DNA from: a virus | Lineage: Duplodnaviria; Heunggongvirae; Uroviricota; Caudoviricetes | Direction: 5' to 3' (one strand) | IMG/VR virus record: IMGVR_UViG_3300022660_000063 | Location: 64,001 to 90,008 of that record | DNA length: 26,008 nucleotides | Shown: positions 1-9,580 of the stretch, piece by piece | How the letters are laid out: each line of letters begins with the position of its first letter | Position numbering within the stretch: the stretch's first letter is position 1 | Made by a program: the position numbers and the translations under genes | The notes under the pieces: generated by a model | The model's database searches: none | What the model was told of the DNA's origin: nothing | Seen by the model: the letters and a program-made list of their open reading frames with translations, nothing else

Positions 1-2
1 GA

Positions 3-242
3 AGTAATGTTTTAGTAACTACTTATGGACAATTAATAAATATGATAACAGGGGCAGTTGATTACCCATTGAGTGGTTATGTATATAGTGAAAATAGTAC
101 ATTCTTAGGCACTATATTATATTTTGATTATAATATGGGAAATTATTTTGAATTTACAGTAGCAACATCAACTGGAATTGAAATAATACAATTGACAACA
201 GCACAAGCAACGATAAGTGATACAGTTGCAGTAGTAGAATAA
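3..242 (+). CDS. Hypothetical protein, 5'-truncated by the window edge
   Basis: The frame of track ORF 42..242 is open back to position 3 and ends in TAA. The ATG at 42 has no clear SD, so the true start is probably upstream of the window. Confidence 0.6.
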   Translation, partial: SNVLVTTYGQLINMITGAVDYPLSGYVYSENSTFLGTILYFDYNMGNYFEFTVATSTGIEIIQLTTAQATISDTVAVVE

Positions 243-262
243 TTTAAAAGGACAATTTTAAG

Positions 263-427
263 ATGACTAAATTAAAACACAAAATATTCAGAATTTTATT
301 TTTAATAGCAATGACAGCAATTGCATTTACAATGACTACACCATTAAATTTTTGGTTAGTATATGCACCTAGCTTAGTAATATATGAAACATGGGTATTA
401 TTATGTTTAAAAAAATATGGGGCATAA
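263..427 (+). CDS. Small 54-aa membrane protein with two predicted TM segments (not in ORF track)
   Basis: ATG 263 has AAAGGA upstream. Translation is MTKLKHKIFRILFLIAMTAIAFTMTTPLNFWLVYAPSLVIYETWVLLCLKKYGA, ending TAA 425-427. It fills the gap between neighbouring genes and has basic ends flanking hydrophobic stretches. Confidence 0.7.
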   Translation: MTKLKHKIFRILFLIAMTAIAFTMTTPLNFWLVYAPSLVIYETWVLLCLKKYGA

Positions 428-924
428 TAGATTCATTAGCAATTGCTTTATTGATATTCGCATCTTGTTTTATTGTAAGAATAAAATTTATACATATGTT
501 GCCTTATAAGGATTATACTTGGGCAAAATTAGATTATAATATAATAAGACCACTTAACTGGAATGAAGAAATAATTAAAGAAGAAATAGATAAATTAACA
601 AATGTAAATTATTCTTTATCAAAAAAAGATTTACCAGGAAATGTTTTAGGTAAAGCAAATTTAATTACTTTCCATATAGATATAGAATTTGGTTTAAGTT
701 TAGAAATGTATACTTTCACTTTAACCCATGAGATAACTCATCTAAAATATTATACAGTTGATGAAAGGTTTACTAACTATTATGCTTGGTTAATTTTATA
801 TGAAAGTGGTATAGATTATTTTAAACAAGTAGCATTAGCAATAGCAGACCAAGATTTTAGAGGTCTAACTTATTATGAATATTCATGTGCAGGGTATATA
901 GAAGAATATTTAAGAGGTAAATAA
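391..924 (+). CDS. Membrane-anchored zincin-like (HExxH) metallopeptidase; alternative start ATG 403
   Basis: N-terminal hydrophobic segment (SLAIALLIFASCFIV). The motif FTLTHEITHLKY (HExxH at 727-741) is followed by DERFTN, giving a candidate third Glu ligand. Confidence 0.65.
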   Translation: MGIIMFKKIWGIIDSLAIALLIFASCFIVRIKFIHMLPYKDYTWAKLDYNIIRPLNWNEEIIKEEIDKLTNVNYSLSKKDLPGNVLGKANLITFHIDIEFGLSLEMYTFTLTHEITHLKYYTVDERFTNYYAWLILYESGIDYFKQVALAIADQDFRGLTYYEYSCAGYIEEYLRGK

Positions 925-925
925 A

Positions 926-1516
926 ATGATAGCAGCTATATCAACAATATTATTAGTTATATTATTTTTTACCTTTGGACATATTACGCAAGCAATAAAA
1001 AAGTTACTAGGTTTAGTAACTAAATGGTTTTTAAAATTCTTATCATTCTTTGGTGTAAAAATACATAACAAAGAAAAATCAGTAGAAGTATCAGAAGAGT
1101 TTAAAAAAGTTTATAAGGATATTAAAATAGTGAAATTATCTAAAAAGAATATAAAACAACAATCATCAATTGATTGGGTATATTTTTCAGTATTCATAAT
1201 AACTGGTTTATTAGTTATATTTAATTTAGATTCAGTTACTGGAAATGCAATATCTAATTGGTTATTTAATTTAATAAGTCCATTAGGTTTTATAAAATCA
1301 GCAACTGATATGAATACATTTTATACAGCAACTCTATTTTCTGTTTTATCTTTCTCTGCTACAAAAGTTTTACAAAGATGGAAAGAAACTAAACAGCAAA
1401 GAATTGAGAATAAACAAGCATTATTAAAATTAAGAGCAACAAAACTTATGAGCTCAAAAGAATTATTAGATAATGCAAGAGAAAAAGATTTAGAAAATTA
1501 TAGGAGATTAAAGTAA
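926..1516 (+). CDS. Hypothetical membrane protein (about 3 TM segments)
   Basis: Hydrophobic segments at the N-terminus, at WVYFSVFIITGLLVIF and at FYTATLFSVLSFSA, with a charged helical C-terminus. Its stop overlaps the next start (TAATG). Confidence 0.7.
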   Translation: MIAAISTILLVILFFTFGHITQAIKKLLGLVTKWFLKFLSFFGVKIHNKEKSVEVSEEFKKVYKDIKIVKLSKKNIKQQSSIDWVYFSVFIITGLLVIFNLDSVTGNAISNWLFNLISPLGFIKSATDMNTFYTATLFSVLSFSATKVLQRWKETKQQRIENKQALLKLRATKLMSSKELLDNAREKDLENYRRLK

Positions 1517-1887
1517 TGTCAACTAATGTTTCAAATAATATGATTGAATTAACTAGAGGTGATAGTGCTAAATATCCTTTATTTATAAATGAGGGGAGTG
1601 ATTTATGCCCTACTAGATATGATATAGATGAAAAAGATGAATTATATTTAGGTATAATGGAACCAAATCAACCATTCGAGTGTGCGTTAGTTAAGAAGAA
1701 GTATAATAAAAATACCTTAAAATATGATGATTGTGGAAATATTTTGATAAAAATAGAACCTGAAGATACAGTTGCTTTAATTCCTGGTAAATATTATTAC
1801 CAAATAAAATTGAGAAAATATGTAGCAGAAAATGACTATGACGTTATTACAATAATTGATAAAACAGAATTTTGGATGCAGGAGTAA
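1516..1887 (+). CDS. BppU-N-like (baseplate upper / Ig-like) tail-associated protein
   Basis: The pattern IELTRGDS...ILIKIEPEDTVALIPGKYYYQIKL resembles the BppU N-terminal domain of Bacillota phages. Confidence 0.6.
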   Translation: MSTNVSNNMIELTRGDSAKYPLFINEGSDLCPTRYDIDEKDELYLGIMEPNQPFECALVKKKYNKNTLKYDDCGNILIKIEPEDTVALIPGKYYYQIKLRKYVAENDYDVITIIDKTEFWMQE

Positions 1888-1897
1888 TTTTTATTCC

Positions 1898-1911
1898 TGC
1901 TAAATTTATTA
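1898..1911 (+). promoter_or_regulatory. Putative phage promoter motif TGCTAAATTTATTA
   Basis: Intergenic, 17 nt before ATG 1929 and upstream of SD GAGG. Identical 13-14-mers occur at 12304 and 21824. Confidence 0.55.
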
Positions 1912-1928
1912 TATAATGAGGTATATTA

Positions 1929-2387
1929 ATGAGTAATTGCTTATATGGAAAATTAAATTCTGAAACTATAATTAAAAAGTATTCATATAAAAATACAGAT
2001 GGTACTTTAAAATTAAATATAGATAATAAAAATAATGAAATAAGTGGTCAAGTATTAAAGACACCAGGTAATTTAACTATTGTAAAAAATAGTTCAACAG
2101 GAGACAAAGAAGAATTTGTTTTTGATGGCCAGACAGATGTAAAAATAGAGCTTTCTGAAGTAGATGCTTACACAGGAAAATCTTCAAATAACACAGCTTC
2201 TGTTATCGTAGATAATGAAAATAATACTATAGATGTTTCAGTAAATATCGACAATAATACTATAACTAAAAATCTAGAAGATGATTTACAAGCAATAGGG
2301 GTTATCTATAATGGGACAGATAGTATAAAAGGTAATACTATTCATGCTGGGTTAACAATAACTAGATATAATGAGCAAGGAGAATAA
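1929..2387 (+). CDS. Tail-fibre-associated protein
   Basis: Contains LKTPGNLTI...FVFDGQTDVKI, a motif common in tail fibres. Its C-terminus (DNNTITKNLEDDLQAIG...LTITR) is paralogous to that of 5628..6275. Confidence 0.55.
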   Translation: MSNCLYGKLNSETIIKKYSYKNTDGTLKLNIDNKNNEISGQVLKTPGNLTIVKNSSTGDKEEFVFDGQTDVKIELSEVDAYTGKSSNNTASVIVDNENNTIDVSVNIDNNTITKNLEDDLQAIGVIYNGTDSIKGNTIHAGLTITRYNEQGE

Positions 2388-2389
2388 TA

Positions 2390-5269
2390 ATGGCATTTAT
2401 AATAGGTGATAAAGTAGTATCTAATTTAAAAGGTAATTTAAATGAGCAAGCATTAAATGCCATTATAGAATTAATAGATTCAAATGGCAATATAATTACT
2501 CCTGGAAATAATAAGTTGATTTATAATGAGAGTTATACTATAAATGCTATTCCTAATACTGATTTTAAAATTAGAACTATATTTATAAATAATATACCAT
2601 ATAATAATGGTGAAAAATTTCTATATAAACCCGGCACTTTTCCTGAAAATGATTTAAATATAAACATAATATGCGAAGCAGTAGAAGCGGTTGGCCTAAA
2701 TATAAGTATTATTCCTATATCTAATACTACTTTTAAATGGTCTATTTTTGATGAAAGTCCAATCATTGGGTATAATATAACTAGAGATGCTGAGGTACCT
2801 GATTACTGGCTTGAAACACAATTAGAAGGAGAGTATGAAGTTGATTCTTTAGGTACTTATTATGTTTGGGCAAAAGATAATTTAGGTAATACAAATAAAG
2901 CATCTATAACCGCTTATTCAATAGAAGCTATATTAACTGATTGTGAACTAGAAGAAAACCCAGCTTTAAGTATTAAAAATGAATACTCGAGTGAATTAAT
3001 TGCTCCTGAAGGTTATTATTTTGATAATATAAAAGTATTAAAAAATGGTGTTGATATAAGTGAAATATCAGTATTTTTTGACCCAGAAGCTACAGACCCT
3101 GCATTGTTTGAATTTGATGGGAATACTTTAACAAAATATGTAGGCTCTTCAGAAAATATAGTTATACCAAGATCTTATTCTATCGTTGATCAAATATCAG
3201 TGAGTACTTGTAAATTTGATTATTCTCAAATTTATTCCTTTAGAAATTATACAAATAATATAACTGTAAAAAATTCAACTAAAGAAATTACTTACACCAC
3301 TGGAGTGGATTTTTATGATAGTATAAATATTGATTTTCCAGATCAGGATGCTGAATTAATTTCATTCGATGTAACTAATAATAATGCTTATTATTCTATA
3401 GCTAACGCTTTAATATACCCTGTTTACTATAATGATGTGAGATATGATACTTATTCTAATTTATATATAGAGTGGCGTAACACATCTCCTACTGCTATAA
3501 ATTTTGAAGGGGTTATTGATTCCTATGGCAAAGGATCTGAATTTAAAGTAAAAGCAATTAGAGCAAATGCTTTTTCTAATAATGTAAAAAATTTAACCAT
3601 ATTAAGTAACATAGAAGAAATACCTGAGAGAATTTTTAGTGATACATCTAGTTTAGAAACTATAGAAGTATTACATAATAAAAATTTTGTGTCAGTTAAT
3701 AATTGTCTTATAGATACTACAAATAATATTTTATTATTAGGCACAAAAAATAGTATCATACCTTTAGATATGGGTATAAAAAAGATTGGAAGCTCTGCTT
3801 TTTATTTATCTAAGATAAGTTCTATCAATATACCTAATACTGTTGAGTCATTAGGGTCTGCAGCGTTCAGGGAATCAAATATAGTTACTTGCACATTCGA
3901 AATAAATTCTTCTTGTAAAACTATAGGCACTTCATGTTTTAGCAACTGTCCAAATTTGAGTTCAATAATTATACCAAAGAGTGTTGAAACCATAGAACAA
4001 CATGCATTTGTAAGTTGCATAAATTTATCTTCATTTGTTTTTGAAGCAGATTCTAATATAAATAAGATTGATAGCTATGCTTTAGCATATCAGAATAAAT
4101 TAACAACAATAACCTTTCCTAAATCTTTAAAATATTTAGGAGACTATGTTATGGGAAAAGGTACTAGTTCTTATACCCCAACCTTAATTTCTTGTACTTT
4201 TGAAGATGGATGTAACCCTGATTATCACTATGGAAGAACTTTTGAGGGCCAAACATCTTTAAGAAGTGCAACCTTGCCAGATAGTATGACATCTATTCCA
4301 TATGACATGTTTTACAACTGCTCATCATTATCTAATATAAGAATCCCAGATACTATAACTTATATAGGGAATTATGCATTTAGAGGATGTACAAGTTTAC
4401 CTTATACAACATATTCATATGGTAAGTATTTAAGAAGTGTTTCAAACGCTTACTTTATAATGATAGGAAGAACAAGTACTCCTTCTTCGATGACCGTTCA
4501 TTCTTCTTGTAAATTTATTCATGAAGGATTTCATGATGCAACCGCTTTGAGAACTGTTTCTTTACCTAATGGTCTCTTAGGTATAACTGGATTATCATTC
4601 ATGGATGCAGGAATAACTTCTTTGGCTATACCATCAAGTTTAAGATATATAGGAGAAAGAGCTACAGATTATATAACTTATATAACATCTTTAAATATAC
4701 CATCTAATAACCAATTAGAATTTTTAGATAATTCATGTTTTTCAGGTGTTAGTTCAACTTTAAATAAAGTAGCTACTTTCCCAAATTTAATCACTGCTGG
4801 TAACTATGTGTTTAGTAGTAATAAATTCAGTAGTGTTACAGCCCCTAAATTGAAAGTAGCAAAAGATTATTGTTTTCAATCATCTGGTATTAAACCAGAT
4901 GGATTTGAATCTTTAGAAGAGATCGGTTATCAAACTTTTAGTTATTGTACTTTTACATCTGCAAATTTACCTTTATCTGTAAAAATTATAAAAGGAAGTG
5001 CATTTAGTAACTGTGCAAATTTAACACAAATTACTATTAATGAGAATGTTGAAAAAATAGGAAATAATTGCTTTAATAATTGTCCTAATCTTACAACATT
5101 AAATATATTAGGAGAAGGTAGATGGTACAGGACTACTAATGTAAATTACACTGGTGGGGAAGAAGTGGATTTAACTGATGCAAGTTTAAATGCTCAATAT
5201 TTTAAAAGTGACTATGTCACTTCTTATTGGTATAGAGTAAAAGAAGAGGTAGGAAATGAAGAGAATTAA
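2390..5269 (+). CDS. BspA/TpLRR (LRR_5) repeat protein, putative receptor-binding/tail fibre protein 1
   Basis: 959 aa with many IPxxVxxIxxxAFxxCxxL-type repeats from about 3555 to 5120, and N-terminal beta-rich/InlB-B-repeat-like segments. Lies in a tail-gene context. Confidence 0.8.
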   Translation: MAFIIGDKVVSNLKGNLNEQALNAIIELIDSNGNIITPGNNKLIYNESYTINAIPNTDFKIRTIFINNIPYNNGEKFLYKPGTFPENDLNINIICEAVEAVGLNISIIPISNTTFKWSIFDESPIIGYNITRDAEVPDYWLETQLEGEYEVDSLGTYYVWAKDNLGNTNKASITAYSIEAILTDCELEENPALSIKNEYSSELIAPEGYYFDNIKVLKNGVDISEISVFFDPEATDPALFEFDGNTLTKYVGSSENIVIPRSYSIVDQISVSTCKFDYSQIYSFRNYTNNITVKNSTKEITYTTGVDFYDSINIDFPDQDAELISFDVTNNNAYYSIANALIYPVYYNDVRYDTYSNLYIEWRNTSPTAINFEGVIDSYGKGSEFKVKAIRANAFSNNVKNLTILSNIEEIPERIFSDTSSLETIEVLHNKNFVSVNNCLIDTTNNILLLGTKNSIIPLDMGIKKIGSSAFYLSKISSINIPNTVESLGSAAFRESNIVTCTFEINSSCKTIGTSCFSNCPNLSSIIIPKSVETIEQHAFVSCINLSSFVFEADSNINKIDSYALAYQNKLTTITFPKSLKYLGDYVMGKGTSSYTPTLISCTFEDGCNPDYHYGRTFEGQTSLRSATLPDSMTSIPYDMFYNCSSLSNIRIPDTITYIGNYAFRGCTSLPYTTYSYGKYLRSVSNAYFIMIGRTSTPSSMTVHSSCKFIHEGFHDATALRTVSLPNGLLGITGLSFMDAGITSLAIPSSLRYIGERATDYITYITSLNIPSNNQLEFLDNSCFSGVSSTLNKVATFPNLITAGNYVFSSNKFSSVTAPKLKVAKDYCFQSSGIKPDGFESLEEIGYQTFSYCTFTSANLPLSVKIIKGSAFSNCANLTQITINENVEKIGNNCFNNCPNLTTLNILGEGRWYRTTNVNYTGGEEVDLTDASLNAQYFKSDYVTSYWYRVKEEVGNEEN

Positions 5270-5615
5270 TATTCAACTATTTGCTGAAAATAAGTTAATA
5301 ATACCAGAAGAATGTGAAGCTGCATCTATTTTAGTCAGCCCATTAGATGGTAATATAACTATTATTGCAGAAGCTAGAAAAGTATTTAAAGTTGATTATA
5401 ATTTAACTAATTGTTTTAGTTCTACATTAGTTAATTATATCTTAGATAGAAAATCTTTTTCTGCTACTATAACTGCATTTGAGGGCTATGATATTAGTAA
5501 TGCTGTAGTTGAGATACTTATGGGTAACTTAAATATTACACCTATAGTGTACTCTAATGGAAACATTTTTATAGAAAGCGTAACAGATAATTTAACAATC
5601 AATATAAAATTATAA
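5256..5615 (+). CDS. Small tail-associated protein with a Prp-type N-terminal motif and an InlB-B-repeat-like domain
   Basis: SD GAGGTAGGA precedes ATG. N-terminus is MKRINIQLFAE. The C-terminal half (VDYNLTNC...ATITAFEGYDI...VTDNLTINI) resembles divergent InlB B-repeats. Confidence 0.6.
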   Translation: MKRINIQLFAENKLIIPEECEAASILVSPLDGNITIIAEARKVFKVDYNLTNCFSSTLVNYILDRKSFSATITAFEGYDISNAVVEILMGNLNITPIVYSNGNIFIESVTDNLTINIKL

Positions 5616-5627
5616 AGGAATTCATAA

Positions 5628-6275
5628 ATGACTATTACAGAGCAATATTTAAAAGGTATATCTGACGGTGATATAAATCAAATAATTGAAAATGAAACTC
5701 TAGATAAAGACAAACTTTATATAGTTAAAGATTTTCCATCTAATAGTGGTATAACAAATGATCAAATGCAAGAGATTTTAAATAATGTTCTCATAAGAGC
5801 TTTTGTGAATAAAAATGAAGTCTTTGTGTGTGCTGATGATGGAACGTATATAAAAGGAAATTTATATAAATTTACTGGGGATTCTTGGGAAGACATAACA
5901 AAAACATCAGCAGAAACCGACAGCACTGGGACAAATATAGCACAAAAATTTAGTCAGATAGATAGCTCATTAGATGATTTGATTAATGGTCTAAATACTG
6001 TGCAATCAGATATAGTTGAAGCAGAAAGAGATATATCTAACATAGAACAAGACATCTCTATATTAGAAACTACTACATCCGTTTTAATTAATAATGGAGA
6101 TGGAACTAAATATCTTTCTGATGATGGTACATATAAAGAAATTAAAGCAGAAGTTGATAATGTAACTATAACAAGAAATGATTCAGAGCAGTTACAAGCA
6201 GTTGGGTTAACTACTACTGAAAATAATATAACAGCATTAGAAGTATTAAATGCATTAACAATAACAAGAATATAA
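5628..6275 (+). CDS. Tail-associated protein with a coiled-coil segment; paralogue of 8407..8694
   Basis: Shares YLKGI...DKLYIVKD...CADDGTYIKG..Y...GDSWEDIT with 8407..8694. Has a heptad-like central segment and an NGDGTKYLSDDGTYKEI motif. Confidence 0.65.
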   Translation: MTITEQYLKGISDGDINQIIENETLDKDKLYIVKDFPSNSGITNDQMQEILNNVLIRAFVNKNEVFVCADDGTYIKGNLYKFTGDSWEDITKTSAETDSTGTNIAQKFSQIDSSLDDLINGLNTVQSDIVEAERDISNIEQDISILETTTSVLINNGDGTKYLSDDGTYKEIKAEVDNVTITRNDSEQLQAVGLTTTENNITALEVLNALTITRI

Positions 6276-6325
6276 TTAAAATAGTTTTATAGAAATACTT
6301 AACTTATGTTATAAGAGGATAATAG

Positions 6326-6460
6326 ATGAATATTAAATTAGGCAGTCAAATAACAGATAATTATAGAGGTGATTTAATAATCAATTCTGAGTACACATCT
6401 GTTGTAGTTAAAGACAGAACGGACATGAAATATCTCAGGGTAAAAAAGTGTTATCTCTAG
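6326..6460 (+). other. Out-of-frame N-terminal exon-like piece of LRR protein 2 (44-aa ORF; one-base frameshift near 6416-6419)
   Basis: Strong SD AAGAGGA precedes ATG 6326. MNIKLGSQITDNYRGDL aligns with the N-terminus of 2390..5269 (MAFIIGDKVVSNLKGNL). Similarity continues in the -1 frame from 6418 (NGHEISQGKKVL vs NGNIITPGNNKL). Confidence 0.7.
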
Positions 6461-8397
6461 GAAACTACACTATAGAAATTACACCTGATGATGGTTACTT
6501 TTTATCAAAAGCTAAATTAAATAATAAATCAATAAAAATAAATTCTTCTTTTGTAGTTAATTTTGGAAACAATATATCAATAGATGCTATAAGTGATGAT
6601 GCTTACACAACAGACGCAAGTTTATTTATGTTTAATGATGCAGGGTTGATAACTGATTATATAGGAGAAGATGAAAATATTGTAATCCCTAGAACATATA
6701 GTATTGGTTCAGTTGAGACAATTATAGGTGCTGATTTAAATTATAGCTATAACTGGATATGGTCTAATATAATAAGTAACGGTGAAGATGCAATCTATGA
6801 CATAACTTTAAGTAATTCTACCAATTCAAAAACATACGCTACGGCAAGTGAATTATATAATAATTTAACTACTGATTTTCCAACTGACGCAAAATTAATA
6901 TCTTTTAAAGCTAAAGAAGGTTCAACAGGTGCTCTTTGGAATATACCAAGATTACTATCTTATCCTGTGTATTTTGGTGAACAGCAATTTAATAATTACT
7001 CAGAGTTACAATCCAAAATGATGTCACAGCCAGTAGATACATTAATAGAAATGATAGGGTATAGAAGTACTTTCGAATCTGGTGCTGATTATATAGTTAC
7101 TGGTATAGCAGATAAAGCTTTTCAAAATTGTACTATATTAAAAAATATAGATTTAAGTGTATGTGAAACATTGAGCACAATAGGAAATTTTGCTTTTTCA
7201 GGTTGCTCAAATATATCTTCTATAACAATTCCAAATAATATAACTAATATAAGTAATTATGCTTTTCAAAATTGTACTAATCTAACTAATGTAAATATGC
7301 ATGATAATTTAATAAGTATCGGTGATTATGCATTTAGTGGTTGTACATCTTTAACAGAGTTAAATCTACCAAGTTCTGTTACATCTATTGGAAGTTATGC
7401 TTTTAATAATTGTACAGGATTTAAAAATATAACTATACCAGATACAATTACATCTTTGGGCAATTATGTATTCTCTGGTTGCAGTGGCTTGACAGATTTA
7501 TATATACCTACATCTATTATTAGTTTAACAGCGGGTCTTTTAAAAAATTGTACATCTTTGACTAACTTAACTATACCATTTGTTGGGACAACTGGAACTG
7601 CTACAACCTATTCTACAGATACAGCATTTGCTATTTTATTCAGCGGGACTGCATCAAGTGATTTAACTTATGATGCTCGTAACTACAATAACTACTCTAC
7701 AACTTATTATTTACCTAACTCTTTAACAAATTTAGTTGTTTTAGGTGGAAATATAAACCAAGGAGCGTTTTATTATTGCGAATCATTGAAATCAGTAGAC
7801 ATATCTGCTTGTCATGTAAATAGTTCCAATTATTTATTTGATTCTTGTTTTGATTTAGAAAATGTTTTACTTCCAGATTCTATGCTGAGTCTTGGTGAAA
7901 GGTGTTTTACAAGCACAAATCTAACATCTCTTCAATTACCAAGTAACTTAAAAACAATAGGAAAGCATGCAATCTACTGTGACCATACTATACAAAGAAT
8001 AATTATACCAGATGGAGTTACATCTATTGCAGTGGATGCTTTTGGACCTTGTGCTAAGTTAGATTTAATTATCGTTCCTGCAACTGTTAAATCTATCGGT
8101 GCTAACTGCTTTTATAGATCAGCTTATGAACCTGAAAAACCATTAAATATTTATTTTTATGATTTAGCTAATATAACAACATTTAATCCTCAAACAAACC
8201 AATATGCAGACCAAAGATTTTTAAATAGCTTTTTTGGTATACATGAAGACAATGCAGTTATATACACAGCTTCTTCAAGTAAATCATCTGTATTGCCAAC
8301 TGAATTTAATAAACTAGGAAATGGCTCATACGCACCAATTAGATATAATTATACTTATGAAGAGTTTATAGAAGCCGCAGGCATTGAAAATTTATAG
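6448..8397 (+). CDS. BspA/TpLRR (LRR_5) repeat protein, putative receptor-binding/tail fibre protein 2 (true start probably 6326 via frameshift)
   Basis: LRR_5 repeats run from about 7090 to 8110. Paralogous to 2390..5269 (TDASLFMF...YIGEDENIVIPRTYS vs TDPALFEF...YVGSSENIVIPRSYS). Ends in TAG. Confidence 0.8.
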   Translation: MLSLGNYTIEITPDDGYFLSKAKLNNKSIKINSSFVVNFGNNISIDAISDDAYTTDASLFMFNDAGLITDYIGEDENIVIPRTYSIGSVETIIGADLNYSYNWIWSNIISNGEDAIYDITLSNSTNSKTYATASELYNNLTTDFPTDAKLISFKAKEGSTGALWNIPRLLSYPVYFGEQQFNNYSELQSKMMSQPVDTLIEMIGYRSTFESGADYIVTGIADKAFQNCTILKNIDLSVCETLSTIGNFAFSGCSNISSITIPNNITNISNYAFQNCTNLTNVNMHDNLISIGDYAFSGCTSLTELNLPSSVTSIGSYAFNNCTGFKNITIPDTITSLGNYVFSGCSGLTDLYIPTSIISLTAGLLKNCTSLTNLTIPFVGTTGTATTYSTDTAFAILFSGTASSDLTYDARNYNNYSTTYYLPNSLTNLVVLGGNINQGAFYYCESLKSVDISACHVNSSNYLFDSCFDLENVLLPDSMLSLGERCFTSTNLTSLQLPSNLKTIGKHAIYCDHTIQRIIIPDGVTSIAVDAFGPCAKLDLIIVPATVKSIGANCFYRSAYEPEKPLNIYFYDLANITTFNPQTNQYADQRFLNSFFGIHEDNAVIYTASSSKSSVLPTEFNKLGNGSYAPIRYNYTYEEFIEAAGIENL

Positions 8398-8406
8398 GAG
8401 AAATAA

Positions 8407-8694
8407 ATGACATTTTTAAAAGGAATAGTGGAAGGTAATCTTGAACAAGTAAAACAGCAATTAATAGACCCAGATAAAATTTATATAATAAAAGATTTAC
8501 CTGAAAATAGTATATCTAATAGTATAATGAATGAAGCTTTGTTAGATAATTCTTTATCTGCTTTTTTAAGAGCAAATAATACATATGTATGTATTGATGA
8601 TGGAACTTATATAAAAGGTCATACATATGTTTGGTTAGGTGATTCTTGGCAAGATATTACCATAGAACAACCAACAGTAGAGAGGTTAATATAA
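8407..8694 (+). CDS. Small tail-associated protein; paralogue of the N-terminal half of 5628..6275
   Basis: SD AGGAG. Alignment to 5628..6275 is visible over about 90 aa. Confidence 0.65.
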   Translation: MTFLKGIVEGNLEQVKQQLIDPDKIYIIKDLPENSISNSIMNEALLDNSLSAFLRANNTYVCIDDGTYIKGHTYVWLGDSWQDITIEQPTVERLI

Positions 8695-8695
8695 G

Positions 8696-9565
8696 ATGAA
8701 AGATATAATAATTAATGGTAAAATTTATAATAATATATCTAAATTAAATTTTAAAAATGATTTAGGTGAAACTGTTACTTTTATTGAAGAGAGTGATATA
8801 CCACCTTATATTGATCCTATTTTATCAAATAATAGCCCTAAAGTTATCAAATTTGCTTTTGATCATGATATGGTGCCTGATACTTGGTCTTCAGTAGATG
8901 GCGATATTATAAATATTAATTGCACTGATGGTAAAATTAGGCAATTAAAACTAGTTGATAAACAAAGAGCAAGATACGAAAAAGTCAATGGTGGGACATC
9001 TAACGGTGTATTTATGCTTTGTGAAGTAACTGAAATTAATGGTGTAAATTATGATGTTCCTGCTATCACAGGTAAACATTCTGATTTATCTTCTGGAAAC
9101 ACAGGAGGTTGGGCAACCTCATTAGCAAATACTGTTTCAATGCCAGAAGCATTTAATTTATTACCAGCTGAATGGCAAGAAATTGTAAGTGAGGTAAAAA
9201 TAGCATCTACTATAGGAGATGGCTCAACTGAAATCAGTTATAGTAATAATAAGATGTTCTGTGCAGCAGCATCTGAAATATCAATTGATGTTACCAATGC
9301 TTATTATGCACAAGAAGGGCATTTATTTGACTATTATTATAATGGTAGAACTTTAACTTCTGTGCCTGTTACGGACCCAGGTAGAATTAAAAATATGTTA
9401 GGACCTACATCATCTGATTCAATAGCAATAATTCAACTATTGAGAACACCTTATCTAAATCCAGTAAGTGAAGTATATTATTTTATGAATTTACAATGGT
9501 CTGCTAGATTGATTTGGTTATCAACTAATACAATTGCAGGTGTAAAAACCTATTTTGCAATTTAA
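8696..9565 (+). CDS. DUF6273-like (C-type-lectin-fold) tail-associated protein
   Basis: GGWATS...LPAEWQEIVSEVKI...NKMFCAAASEI...LLRTP pattern, with a short aromatic C-terminus (KTYFAI). Paralogous to 9581..10480. Confidence 0.6.
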   Translation: MKDIIINGKIYNNISKLNFKNDLGETVTFIEESDIPPYIDPILSNNSPKVIKFAFDHDMVPDTWSSVDGDIININCTDGKIRQLKLVDKQRARYEKVNGGTSNGVFMLCEVTEINGVNYDVPAITGKHSDLSSGNTGGWATSLANTVSMPEAFNLLPAEWQEIVSEVKIASTIGDGSTEISYSNNKMFCAAASEISIDVTNAYYAQEGHLFDYYYNGRTLTSVPVTDPGRIKNMLGPTSSDSIAIIQLLRTPYLNPVSEVYYFMNLQWSARLIWLSTNTIAGVKTYFAI

Positions 9566-9580
9566 TTAAAGGAGAATAAG

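Noticed and set aside
6405-6450. Programmed -1 ribosomal frameshift in LRR gene 2
   Set aside because: There is no XXXYYYZ heptamer or evident stimulatory structure at the crossover window (6412-6421); a one-base deletion explains it more simply.
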